Positions 9,435 to 18,893 of a stretch of DNA of 64,000 nucleotides are shown in pieces. The position numbers were made by a program, and so were the translations under genes. This DNA comes from Bacteroidales bacterium (GTDB lineage: Bacteria > Bacteroidota > Bacteroidia > Bacteroidales > Bacteroidaceae). Under the pieces are notes generated by a model. That model was not told the DNA's origin and did no database searches. It worked only from the letters and a program-made list of their open reading frames with translations. Location of the stretch: positions 34,515 to 98,514 of the forward strand of contig JAATGU010000120.1 of the NCBI GenBank assembly GCA_015654535.1. The letters run 5' to 3'. Numbering within the stretch: the first letter of the stretch is position 1; each line of letters starts with the position of its first letter.

Positions 9435-10631
9435 TTATTGAGGTTGGTAGTATGGATTCGTTTTTACGGTGCTGATATTGGTTGATCCCACATGACCCAA
9501 TATCCGGGTAGCACTCAGTAATCGATTCAGATTATATTCATCGAAATCCTTATCTTCAGGATTAAAACTACTGATATGAACATATCCCTGAGAATGGATA
9601 AACTTTTGATTGCCAAGATAAAGAGCCACATGAATCACCCGCTCTTTCTGTTCTGGCGTGGCTTTACTTCCAAAGAATAACAGATCGCCCTGTTTCAAAT
9701 GGGAAAACCCATCACTAAGTTCTACTCTCTCTCCTACCAATGCCTGTTGAGAAGCATCCCGTGGCAAGATGATTCCGTGAGCAAACATCACCGTTCGGAT
9801 AAATCCGCTACAGTCCATGCCTTTAGTGGACATTCCTCCCCAAAGGTAGGGAATGCCTAACAGTGTTTTACTTGTACGGATTAGGCCCTCAGCATTTTGA
9901 TCAAAAGCATTCACCCATTTACTTTCGGGTATTCCGGAAGACAATGGAAGATAAGCCTTGTGTCCGTCGGGATAAGAAACTTGGTAATAATTACCTTCCG
10001 TACCTTCCCATTTCAACATATTACCACTCACTACATCGGACACCGTCTGAGAGTCTTCATCGGGCTTTTCGTACGTAAATCCATAAGCAGCAGTCACCAT
10101 GATCTTATCCGCCGCATTCCATGAATTATATTCCGCTTTGGTCATAGGATAAATGCTCGAAGAGGCCACCCAGGCAATGTAATCATCGGGCGTCCGCACT
10201 CTGTACCATTCATCCTCCTGAAGAATTCTCACCGGAGTACCTAGCAAAGCTTGGGTCATCATTTCACTGGCAAAGCTTACTTTCCTGCGGAGATTAACTA
10301 CCGAAAGATTAACCACACCATATGTTTTTGTGCCCAACTGAGCATCGGGTAATAATCGTAGGCTATCTATTATCTTATAATGTTTACTTTTAAGAGCAAT
10401 GATGAGTTCATTTTTTGCCTGAGCAATACTGGTGACACCTATTAATGTAAGGGTTTTCCTTTTCTTCTTTATCTCAAGATCAAACACGGAGTTCCGCTTG
10501 TCCGGTGCATAAGTTTGCTCCACGTGTTCCACAATTTTCGTGATGCCCTTAGAGAGTTTTCCGGCAAATACTTGATGACAAGAGAGGAGACCTATAAATA
10601 AGGTAAAGAATAAAAGGGAACGCTTTTTCAT
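9435..10631 (-). CDS. ykfC: SH3b + NlpC/P60 gamma-D-glutamyl-diamino acid endopeptidase (dipeptidyl peptidase VI)
   Basis: Signal peptide, SH3b-like repeats, PYLWGG...MDCSGF, GDLLFF and HVALY. Adjacent to ykfB. Confidence 0.9.
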   Translation of the reverse strand: MKKRSLLFFTLFIGLLSCHQVFAGKLSKGITKIVEHVEQTYAPDKRNSVFDLEIKKKRKTLTLIGVTSIAQAKNELIIALKSKHYKIIDSLRLLPDAQLGTKTYGVVNLSVVNLRRKVSFASEMMTQALLGTPVRILQEDEWYRVRTPDDYIAWVASSSIYPMTKAEYNSWNAADKIMVTAAYGFTYEKPDEDSQTVSDVVSGNMLKWEGTEGNYYQVSYPDGHKAYLPLSSGIPESKWVNAFDQNAEGLIRTSKTLLGIPYLWGGMSTKGMDCSGFIRTVMFAHGIILPRDASQQALVGERVELSDGFSHLKQGDLLFFGSKATPEQKERVIHVALYLGNQKFIHSQGYVHISSFNPEDKDFDEYNLNRLLSATRILGHVGSTNISTVKTNPYYQPQ

Positions 10632-10763
10632 GTCAAGAGCTGTTTAATGATTTACTTGTAAGCAAAGATAGCTATTATTTCAATAACAGATACATTTTAT
10701 TAAGTTTTTTAAGACTTTTGTTAGATTTCTATTTTTGATCTCAGACACTTTGACATTGACTGT

Positions 10764-11874
10764 TTATTCTCCCCACACTTCTTTTGCAATCTGCTGAACT
10801 AAGCGAATCTTTGCCCACTGTTCTTCTTCTGTGAGCACATTACCTTCTTCGGTAGAAGCAAAACCACATTGAGGACTCAGACTAAGGCGATGGAGAGGCA
10901 CGTATTTGGTGGCTTCCGTAATTCGTTTCTTGATCTCCTCTTTATTTTCCAATTCAGGAGATTTAGAAGTGATAAGTCCCAAAACGACTTGTTGATTCTT
11001 GATAAAACGAAGCGGTTCAAATCCTCCGGCACGATCACTATCATATTCCAGAAAGAAAGCATCCACATCCGTGGAGCCAAAAAGAATTTCCGCTACCGGT
11101 TCATAGCTTCCCGAAGAAGCCCATGCAGAATGATAATTTCCTCTACACACATGCATCGTGATAACCATATCATCAGGTCTGCCTTCAAGAGCAGCATTAT
11201 TTACCCGAGAATATAATTTTGCCACATCTTCCAAATTAACTCCTTCTTTTTGTCGGTTTTCCCAATAATCGCGATTACTCAGCATTCCCCAAGTGCAATC
11301 ATCAAATTGCAGGTATCGGCAGCCAATATTATAAAATGCTCTAATTGCTTTTCGATAAGCTTCGGCAATATCTTGCACTAAATCATCTATATTATCATAT
11401 ACAGCATCCGTATCCGCTTTGTTCTCCCCACGTTGAAGTTCGGCCAAAAACTGTGCAGGAGCAGGAATTGTCTGTTTGGCTATCACATCTCCCTTGGTTA
11501 CAGCGGTTAAATATTTATAATGTTCCAACATCGGATGATCACTAAAGTCTATTTTTCCATTAAGACGCACGGTTTCTGCACGAGTTTCCAACCCATTGAA
11601 CTGATATCCTTTATCAATGGCGCGCTTTTCCACACCATCTAGTCCCCACATAAAGTCCAGATGCCACCACGAACGACGGAATTCACCATCAGTCACTGCT
11701 TTAATACCAGCTTCCTTTTCTTACCAACTCTCTTATTTCCGCATCTTCGATAGCACGGAGAGTCAACTCAGAGATTCCGTCTCTAAGAAACTGTTCCCGT
11801 GCTATTTTTAATGCTTGCGGGCGGAGAAAACTGCCCACAATATCTCCTTTGAATGGAGCATTAATTTTTGCCAT
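10764..11874 (-). pseudogene. metE: Cobalamin-independent methionine synthase II (short MetE/YxjH type), split by a frameshift
   Basis: The N-fragment (DIVGSFLRP...IEDAEIRELVRK) and C-fragment (EAGIKAVTDGEFRRSWWH...MHVCRGNY...FLEYD...LSPQCGF) are in different frames. The junction lies at the A-run 11716-11719. Confidence 0.85.
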
Positions 11875-11974
11875 AATGAACAAATTTATAAATTATAAAA
11901 ATAAAACAATAAAAAATCAATGATTGTTTATTTGAACTTTAATCCCATTCCACGAAGAAAAAAGTTATTCTATG

Positions 11975-12145
11975 AAAGGCAGGTCTTCTGACTAGCTCCC
12001 ATCTTAATTGTCTTCCCGAACTGAATCAGTGACAAATAGTATTATTAAGATGTTACACAGAGCTTCACAGCAGCGGGACTGTTCAGGATTTACACCTGAT
12101 TCCCTTTTAATCACGGTTAATGAAAAATAACAGCGAACCTATTCG
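11975..12145 (-). promoter_or_regulatory. Cobalamin (AdoCbl) riboswitch upstream of the metE-like gene
   Basis: Minus strand reads aggttc...ttaaaagggaatcaggtgtaaatcctgaacagtcccgctgctgtg...gtcactg...gggaag...agtcagaagacctgcc. TATTTTTG -7 box at 12150-12157. Confidence 0.93.
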
Positions 12146-12205
12146 TGCACAAAAATAGTAAATATATTGTGATCCTTCCAATTATTTGTGCTATTTTTGC
12201 AAAGA

Positions 12206-12577
12206 GAAAGCAGCCGACTGGTCTGTCGCACGCACTTTATGTGCGGGAGGAAAGTCCGGGCAACATAGAGCATCCTACTTCCTAACAGAAAGCTATTTGT
12301 GAAAGTGGAGTAACGTAGAAGAAAATAACCGCCACTCTTCGGAGGGGTAAGGGTGAGAAGGTGGAGTAAGAGCCTACCGGTCCCGTGGTGACGCGTGGAG
12401 CCGTACGTCTTAGGAGTTGTAAGGTCATGTAAACCGACGCTATGGAGGGCTGCTCGCCCCATGTCGGAGGGTAGACCGCTAGAACTTAATGGTGACATTA
12501 AGTCCAGATAAATGACAGGCACTTTATACGTTAAAACTATAAAGAACAGAACTCGGCTTATAGGTTGACTGCTTTCT
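12206..12577 (+). ncRNA. rnpB: RNase P RNA (class A)
   Basis: P4 signatures GAGGAAAGTCC and AACAGAACTCGGCTTATA. The 5' gaaagcagccgac pairs with the 3' gttgactgctttc (P1). TATTTTTG -7 box at 12192-12199. Confidence 0.95.
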
Positions 12578-12611
12578 TTTTATATAAACTTAGTAACTCC
12601 GAATTGAAGCT

Positions 12612-13931
12612 ATGAACAAGAAAATAAAAAAGTTTTTTAACTTTATTACTTACGACATCTGGCGCGTTACAGAAGCGGAAGTAACCCGTACAAAGTTTTC
12701 TTTCTATAATATCCTAAAAACAATTATTCTTTCTATCCGGCGTTTCACTGATGATCGTATTGCGGACAAAGCTTCCTCCCTCACTTATAGTACACTGCTT
12801 TCCATTGTTCCTATTTTAGCAATTTTATTTGCTATAGCCAGGGGATTTGGTTTTGCTAATATAATGGAAACTCAAGTGCGTCATGGTTTTGGCTCTCAAA
12901 AGGTAGCCACAGAAGCTATTTTTACGTTTGTTGATTCTTATTTGTCACAGACCAAAAGTGGAGTATTCATTGGCGTCGGTTTGGTGCTATTACTCTGGAC
13001 TGTTGTAAACCTAACAGGAAGCATTGAAACAACCTTTAATAATATCTGGCAGATAAAGAAGCCCAGAACTCTTTATCGAAAAATAACCGATTATTTTTCC
13101 ATGTTCTTGATCTTACCTGTTCTGATTGTTGTTTCGGGTGGACTTTCTATCTTTATGAGCACCATGCTTAAGGAAATGACTGGATTCGTGGTACTTGCCC
13201 CTTTCATGAAGTTCTTTGTACGGTTAATCCCTTTTGCACTCACTAGCTTTATGTTTACTGCTCTTTACATTTTTATGCCCAATACGAAAGTAAAATTTAA
13301 GCCGGCTATCTTTGCGGGAATAATTGCTGGTACAGCCTATCAGGCTTTCCAGTTTTTATATATTAGTGGACAGATTTCTGTATCTAAATATAATGCTATT
13401 TATGGTAGCTTTGCCGCAATTCCATTATTCTTGTTATGGCTCCAAGTCTCATGGACCATTTGTCTCTTCGGGGCCGAACTGACTTATGCCGGACAAAACA
13501 TCAAGAATTTTAGTTTTGAGAAAGATACTAAAAATATAAGCCGCCGTTATAGAGATTTCGCTTCTATCTTGATTATGTCACTCATCTGTAAGCGGTTTGA
13601 AAAAGGCGAAGAAGCATATACTGCGGGAGAAATATCCTTGAAACATAAAATCCCCATCAGGCTCACCGAACAGGTACTCTCTCTGCTACAAGAAATAAAG
13701 GTTATTCACGAAGTGGTAATTGATACTAAAAATGAGAGCATTGCCTATCTTCCATCCATTGATATCAATCAAATCAATGCAGCCTTCTTATTGAATAAGA
13801 TTGATCTCAATGGATCTGAAGATTTTAAGGTAGATATAGAAAATGAATTCAGTGGTCAATGGAAAGCTTTGTTGGAATCACGTGAAATATATTATAATAA
13901 TAACAACAACAAGCTACTCAAGGACCTTTAA
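12612..13931 (+). CDS. YihY/virulence factor BrkB family inner-membrane protein
   Basis: Motifs ASSLTYSTLLSIVP, FNNIW and YNAIYGSFAAIPLFLLWLQ, with multiple transmembrane segments. Confidence 0.9.
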   Translation: MNKKIKKFFNFITYDIWRVTEAEVTRTKFSFYNILKTIILSIRRFTDDRIADKASSLTYSTLLSIVPILAILFAIARGFGFANIMETQVRHGFGSQKVATEAIFTFVDSYLSQTKSGVFIGVGLVLLLWTVVNLTGSIETTFNNIWQIKKPRTLYRKITDYFSMFLILPVLIVVSGGLSIFMSTMLKEMTGFVVLAPFMKFFVRLIPFALTSFMFTALYIFMPNTKVKFKPAIFAGIIAGTAYQAFQFLYISGQISVSKYNAIYGSFAAIPLFLLWLQVSWTICLFGAELTYAGQNIKNFSFEKDTKNISRRYRDFASILIMSLICKRFEKGEEAYTAGEISLKHKIPIRLTEQVLSLLQEIKVIHEVVIDTKNESIAYLPSIDINQINAAFLLNKIDLNGSEDFKVDIENEFSGQWKALLESREIYYNNNNNKLLKDL

Positions 13932-13940
13932 TAATCCTAC

Positions 13941-15146
13941 TTAATAAATCTTGGAACGAGGAGTGCGTTCGCTAAATGATAAGTTCAGATAAAAAGAAAG
14001 ACTTTGCTCTTTTTGTAATCCTGTCTTTCCGCTTTGAGCATTATATTTTGCACCAATGGAAAGAAGATTGCCATTTATAACCGGAATACCTAAACCCAGA
14101 CTGAAATAATAATTTAAAGGCTTCTGATTTTTAATCACTACATAAGGATTGTATACACCTGCCCCCACCATATAATGCCAAGGATTTGTAAATGCTTTGC
14201 CCGAAAGGAAGTCAGCACCAACGCTTGCCTCATTTTGGTTAACAAAGGAGACAGAGCTATTGCTAGAAACCATCTTAGACCATTCCGTATATTTATAATC
14301 TCCTGTAAGTGTAATTCGCTCGTTAGAGAAAGCTACTCCAATACCAAAGTACTGAGGAAGGAATTGTGTTTTTGGATGCAAAGTTTGAGAGGAAGATTCA
14401 CTATTAGATGAATTAGTCACGTTAAGTGTGTTTTCCAAATTCAACTGTTGCTTATAGCCATATACTCCACCCAATGTCATGTTCCAAGTTTTACTTAACG
14501 CTCTATAATACTGCATTCCAAAATCAGCATAAAAAGCTTTTTTGTAAGATACTTCCTCAATGGTAGTATTTCCTTGTATCTCAGACTGGGTTGTATTTCC
14601 CATTATATAAGAGAGATTCACTCCTAAAGAAAGCTGTTTATTCAGTTTAAATGCATTTGAAAGATAAATTTTAGATAAACCTCCGTTGCCCTCAAACAAA
14701 GAAGAAATAGTTTCGTTATTAGTTCCCTCTACTGGTTCTGCAATTGTAATAGCATATCCCATACTACTTACCGGAGTCAGCCCTACCGCTGCATACCAAA
14801 ACGGAAGAAAACGACAACCCATTCCAAGATTATGAACATTTCCTGTTACCGAAGAATTACTTTTCCCAGATGAGGTGTATTTTTGAATGGAAAGATTTGC
14901 TCCAGCTTCATAAATAAACTTCAAACTATCCATAGCCGTCAAGGCGGAAGGATTGCTTCCGTTCAAAAAATTATCTGAACGCAAAGCAATGCCTACACCG
15001 CCCATCCCGACGTATTTACCGACATTTCCCATCGAAACATCTCCTAATCCAAACATTGAATTTGGAGAGTTGGTCGTGTTCTGTGCCAATAGAGTCAATG
15101 AAAGAGAGAGAGAAAAAGAGAGTAATAATAATTTTGACGTATTCAT
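13941..15146 (-). CDS. Outer-membrane beta-barrel, FadL/OmpP1-like
   Basis: Signal peptide and family-typical N-terminus NSPNSMFGLG...GMGGVG...NPSAL. Alternating beta-strand pattern. Confidence 0.7.
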   Translation of the reverse strand: MNTSKLLLLSFSLSLSLTLLAQNTTNSPNSMFGLGDVSMGNVGKYVGMGGVGIALRSDNFLNGSNPSALTAMDSLKFIYEAGANLSIQKYTSSGKSNSSVTGNVHNLGMGCRFLPFWYAAVGLTPVSSMGYAITIAEPVEGTNNETISSLFEGNGGLSKIYLSNAFKLNKQLSLGVNLSYIMGNTTQSEIQGNTTIEEVSYKKAFYADFGMQYYRALSKTWNMTLGGVYGYKQQLNLENTLNVTNSSNSESSSQTLHPKTQFLPQYFGIGVAFSNERITLTGDYKYTEWSKMVSSNSSVSFVNQNEASVGADFLSGKAFTNPWHYMVGAGVYNPYVVIKNQKPLNYYFSLGLGIPVINGNLLSIGAKYNAQSGKTGLQKEQSLSFYLNLSFSERTPRSKIY

Positions 15147-15165
15147 TGTGTAATATATTCTGTGT

Positions 15166-16482
15166 TTAATATGTTTTATAAACCTTATAAAGTACGGATA
15201 ACTTGACCCTACTTTGAGGATGGTTCATATCTCCGAACACCACACTTTGGTAAGACGTGTTTATCTTGCTCTCTGGTAGTACTAGTTGTAAATTCTCTAT
15301 ATTAACGCCCACTTTACCTAAGTTTCCCTTTAAAAAGCTAGTGATATCGAAAGAATAGTATGTATTCTCATTCAAAGCATCATCAGTAACCAGACTTCCT
15401 GTCTGCACGGATGTGCCTAAAATATCGGTTATCTGACTTCCGGTTACATCATTCTGATCTGCTACATAAAGAGCTAAACTGGACGGCAAAGGATTTAACT
15501 TCCCATACGAACCCTTCACCGGATATAGGTAAAGTGTGGCCGATTCTATACTGACGCTCTGACCTAGTAATAACAGATTGTTTAAGAAAGGAAATTCTAT
15601 TTTCGTATAAAGACCGGTAAGCCCTTGCACATAAGAAATATTACTTAACTTATCAGAAGTAATTTCTTTGGTTTGCTTATCAAAAAGTTGTAGAGGAGTA
15701 TTTTCACGATCATGCTTCACTTTATTGAAATGAGGAGTTGTGGGAGCAATCTTAACTGTCAAATCGCTCGAATTAGAGCTAATCTCATGATAGTACATTT
15801 TAATGCACATACTTGAATCACTAATAGCGAATCCTATTATTGACCGGTTGGATGCTTCATCGGGAACAAAAGCAATGCCTTTAAAATATTTTCTAAAGTT
15901 ATCCGATGAGTCAAAATCTTCCGATTTTTCAAGCATTTTATTAAACCAGGCGTTTCCTAATTCATCTGAAATACGATATTCCAAGATGTTTCCACCTTTA
16001 GGTCTCGGTTGAATATTTATGGTAGACAAGGGAGTTGAATTATAAGCAATGCTGGAATTATTAAATAAATAGCCATTATCATTTAAAGTAATATTATCTT
16101 TCAATTCGTACAAGTTGACTTTCACTGTAGAGAGCGTATCTCCTATATAATCACCATTACACTTTAAACTGATAGTGAGTGAATCATACTTGTAAGTTAA
16201 ATTTTCATCAGGTGTAAATGAAGCGGGAGTATATTCAATATAGGAAGAAGCCGCTATTTTTCCCCAAATACCATCTTCATAATATCCAAGCTGAGCAATG
16301 TTCTTATTAGAAGTATTAATGGAATCTAGCAGAATCGTACTTAATTTCACCGTACAAGTATCCGTAAGTACATTTTGCAGATCACTTTCAACCCACTTTC
16401 CGCCCAAATCAGACGTTTCGTCCCGGCAGGATGTACATAATAACAAAGCAATCCATGACAATAAAAAAAGAAGTTGTTTCAT
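15166..16482 (-). CDS. DUF4270-like lipoprotein
   Basis: Lipobox CTSC followed by RDETSD. Beta-rich sequence with YVQGLTG and YSFDIT motifs as I recall them for DUF4270. Start ATG 16482. Confidence 0.7.
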   Translation of the reverse strand: MKQLLFLLSWIALLLCTSCRDETSDLGGKWVESDLQNVLTDTCTVKLSTILLDSINTSNKNIAQLGYYEDGIWGKIAASSYIEYTPASFTPDENLTYKYDSLTISLKCNGDYIGDTLSTVKVNLYELKDNITLNDNGYLFNNSSIAYNSTPLSTINIQPRPKGGNILEYRISDELGNAWFNKMLEKSEDFDSSDNFRKYFKGIAFVPDEASNRSIIGFAISDSSMCIKMYYHEISSNSSDLTVKIAPTTPHFNKVKHDRENTPLQLFDKQTKEITSDKLSNISYVQGLTGLYTKIEFPFLNNLLLLGQSVSIESATLYLYPVKGSYGKLNPLPSSLALYVADQNDVTGSQITDILGTSVQTGSLVTDDALNENTYYSFDITSFLKGNLGKVGVNIENLQLVLPESKINTSYQSVVFGDMNHPQSRVKLSVLYKVYKTY

Positions 16483-16765
16483 ATTCGCTCTATAAAGTTT
16501 ATGCAAAAGAAACAGGTCTACCTATATTATTAAAATAGAATCGACCAATATGGATAAAATCTCTACAGAGCAGTCTATTTTCCCTTTTTTCGGGTAAATT
16601 TGCCAATAAAGCCTCCTTATAGAGTAATTTGCTTGTTACAGCGATAAAACTAGGTAATCTGTCGATTACTTTTGTAGAAAATACTTGGTAACATTACTTT
16701 TGGGCGTAGAAATTAAAATCGTTAAATCGAATAGTAACATTATGAATGTATTGCATTTAAACAAG

Positions 16766-17797
16766 ATGAAAAAGCTATTACTAATAGGTTGTCTCATCGC
16801 CTTCACTCTCTCATCCTGCACAGATAGCAGCTCGTACACCCTTGGCGTATGGAAGAATCGTTCGGATTTTGACGGAGTAGCCAGAAGCGAAGCTGCCTCA
16901 TTTATGATTGATGGAAACGGATATATCTGTTGTGGATATGATGGGAAATATCGTTTGTACGACCTGTGGGAATACAATGTATCAACCAATAGCTGGACAC
17001 AAAGAGCCAGTTTACCGGAAACAGCGAAAAGAAATGCTGGCGTAGGTTTTTCTGTGAACGGCAAAGGGTATATAACTACCGGTTATGATGGAAACGTTAA
17101 CTTGAAAGATACTTGGGAATATGATCCTGTAAATGATAGATGGACTCAAAAAGCTGATTTTGGAGGTACGGCTCGTTATGATGCACTGTCTTTTGCCATA
17201 GGTGATTATGGTTATGTAGGTACCGGTTATGATGGAAATTATTTGAAAGATTTCTACCGATATGATCCGGTAAATGATAAATGGGTTATTATGGACGGAA
17301 CTGCTGGCATGAATGGATTCAGTGGAAAGAAACGTCGCTCGGGAAGTGCCTTTGTAATAGATAATATAGCTTATATTTGTTGTGGACAATCAAATGGAAC
17401 CTATGTAGATGACTTCTGGAAATTTGATCCTAGCACAGGAACATGGACACAATTGAGAGATATAGCCAATAATAATACAGATGAGGATTATGATGATGAC
17501 TATGCAGGCATTGCCCGGGCACAGGCTGTAACTTTTGTAATTGATGGAAAGGGCTATTTGGTAACTGGAGAAAATGGAACACTTAAATCTGATTATTGGG
17601 TATATAATCCTGCAACCGATCTTTGGAGTGGAGATAGTGATGATGACTATACAGCCCTTACGGTAAAGGCCTCAGCACGTAAGAAAGCCGTTGCTTTCTC
17701 TACAGGGACAAGAGGGTTTATTGTGACGGGAGCAAGTAGTAGCCTTTATTTTGATGATATGTGGGAATTATCTCCTTATGAATATTATGAAGAATAA
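16766..17797 (+). CDS. Kelch-repeat beta-propeller lipoprotein
   Basis: Lipobox LSSC. Six repeats of the form F-x-I-x2-3-GY-x3-G...D-x-W-x-Y-x-P...W. Confidence 0.85.
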   Translation: MKKLLLIGCLIAFTLSSCTDSSSYTLGVWKNRSDFDGVARSEAASFMIDGNGYICCGYDGKYRLYDLWEYNVSTNSWTQRASLPETAKRNAGVGFSVNGKGYITTGYDGNVNLKDTWEYDPVNDRWTQKADFGGTARYDALSFAIGDYGYVGTGYDGNYLKDFYRYDPVNDKWVIMDGTAGMNGFSGKKRRSGSAFVIDNIAYICCGQSNGTYVDDFWKFDPSTGTWTQLRDIANNNTDEDYDDDYAGIARAQAVTFVIDGKGYLVTGENGTLKSDYWVYNPATDLWSGDSDDDYTALTVKASARKKAVAFSTGTRGFIVTGASSSLYFDDMWELSPYEYYEE

Positions 17798-18107
17798 AAA
17801 AAAAATAAGTATTTTTGCAATTGCATTTATAGTCATCGCCGCTTTTATTGGAATATGGTTTAATCATTCCCATTCTTCTGCAATGCATGTAGACGTGATA
17901 AGTGTAAAAGGCGGATATGGATATCAGATAAAAGAAGGAGATCGTCTATTGATTGATCAACCTGTTATTCCAGCGGTTACGGGAGGAAGAGCTTTTAAAA
18001 GCCGGGAGGATGCGCAAAAAGTAGGACAGTTAGTCCTTGAGCGTGTCAAGAAACATACGGATTTTTCCGTATCAACGAAGGAGTTGCGAGAACTCAATAT
18101 AGAATAG
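17787..18107 (+). CDS. DUF4907-like small membrane-anchored protein
   Basis: One N-terminal transmembrane segment and the motif GYGYQI...LIDQPVIPAVTG...F...DAQKVGQLV. The start overlaps the Kelch gene's 3' end. Confidence 0.7.
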   Translation: MKNKKKISIFAIAFIVIAAFIGIWFNHSHSSAMHVDVISVKGGYGYQIKEGDRLLIDQPVIPAVTGGRAFKSREDAQKVGQLVLERVKKHTDFSVSTKELRELNIE

Positions 18108-18135
18108 TTTAGTTTAGTTAAGTCTAGTTTAGTTT
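18106..18135. repeat. Degenerate (AGTTT)x6 pentamer tandem repeat
   Basis: agttt agttt agtta agtct agttt agttt. Confidence 0.7.
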
Positions 18136-18140
18136 TTGTA

Positions 18141-18185
18141 GGTTCCCCCATCTGACAGAGGTCAAGTAGGGGGAATCTTTTTTTT
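18141..18185. terminator. Terminator between the convergent DUF4907 and pgl genes
   Basis: ggttccccc...gggggaatc hairpin followed by a T-run. Confidence 0.7.
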
Positions 18186-18882
18186 ATAAAGGACAGTCGG
18201 TAAAAAGTTCGGCATCAGCTGCCCGTGAAACAATGTATCCCGCCGGATATTGATCTTCTCCCTTTATCACTTCCTTTAGAATTGCTAATTTTTCTTTGCC
18301 TGTGGCAAAGAAAATCACTTTATGCGCATGCAAAATTGGTAAGCCGGTCAAGGCAATGCGTTGCTGGCCCGTTTGGGGTTGAACGCTCACCGCATACGTT
18401 TCAGCATAAGTCAGTAAATACTGTTGTCCGGGAAATAAAGAAGAGGTATGTCCATCGACACCAATTCCAAGAAGGATGCAATCAAATTCGGGATAAGTAT
18501 TCCGTTTGATCAGTAAGTCATCAATCAAAGCCGAATATCTCTTTGCCTCCTCTTCGGGGCAATCTTCTCCATGAATGCGATGAATATGTAGATCGGATAA
18601 AGGAACCTTATCGAGAAGAATACGTTTGGTCATTCCAAAATTACTTTCGGGATGGTCGGGAGGTACACAACGTTCGTCTACCCAGTACAGTTGTAACCGA
18701 TTCCAGGGAATAATCTCTTTATATTGATCCACCCACAACTGAAAAAGAGCTGCGGGAGTACTTCCTCCCGACAGTGCCAGATGGAAGTCCTTCTCTGTGC
18801 ACTGGCCAATCTGTTCCAACAAAAGCTTGGTCAGTCCGTGGGCAGCTTCCAAAGAGGTTGAAAAACTATTTATTTTAATCAT
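18184..18882 (-). CDS. pgl: 6-phosphogluconolactonase
   Basis: Motifs LALSGGSTP, WVDERCV, SNFG and LGIGVDGHTSSLFP. Confidence 0.95.
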   Translation of the reverse strand: MIKINSFSTSLEAAHGLTKLLLEQIGQCTEKDFHLALSGGSTPAALFQLWVDQYKEIIPWNRLQLYWVDERCVPPDHPESNFGMTKRILLDKVPLSDLHIHRIHGEDCPEEEAKRYSALIDDLLIKRNTYPEFDCILLGIGVDGHTSSLFPGQQYLLTYAETYAVSVQPQTGQQRIALTGLPILHAHKVIFFATGKEKLAILKEVIKGEDQYPAGYIVSRAADAELFTDCPL

Positions 18883-18893
18883 CTTTACTATAA

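Noticed and set aside
11701-11725. Programmed ribosomal frameshift in the metE-like gene
   Set aside because: A +1 (or -2) shift is needed and there is no canonical slippery heptamer. The shifted product would also lack the residues expected at the junction. A deletion or assembly error is simpler.
16507-16765. LytTR-type direct repeats in the divergent DUF4270/Kelch promoter region
   Set aside because: The GTC(G/T)A-like words are irregularly spaced (24 and 33 bp) and poorly matched, so they are not distinguishable from chance.
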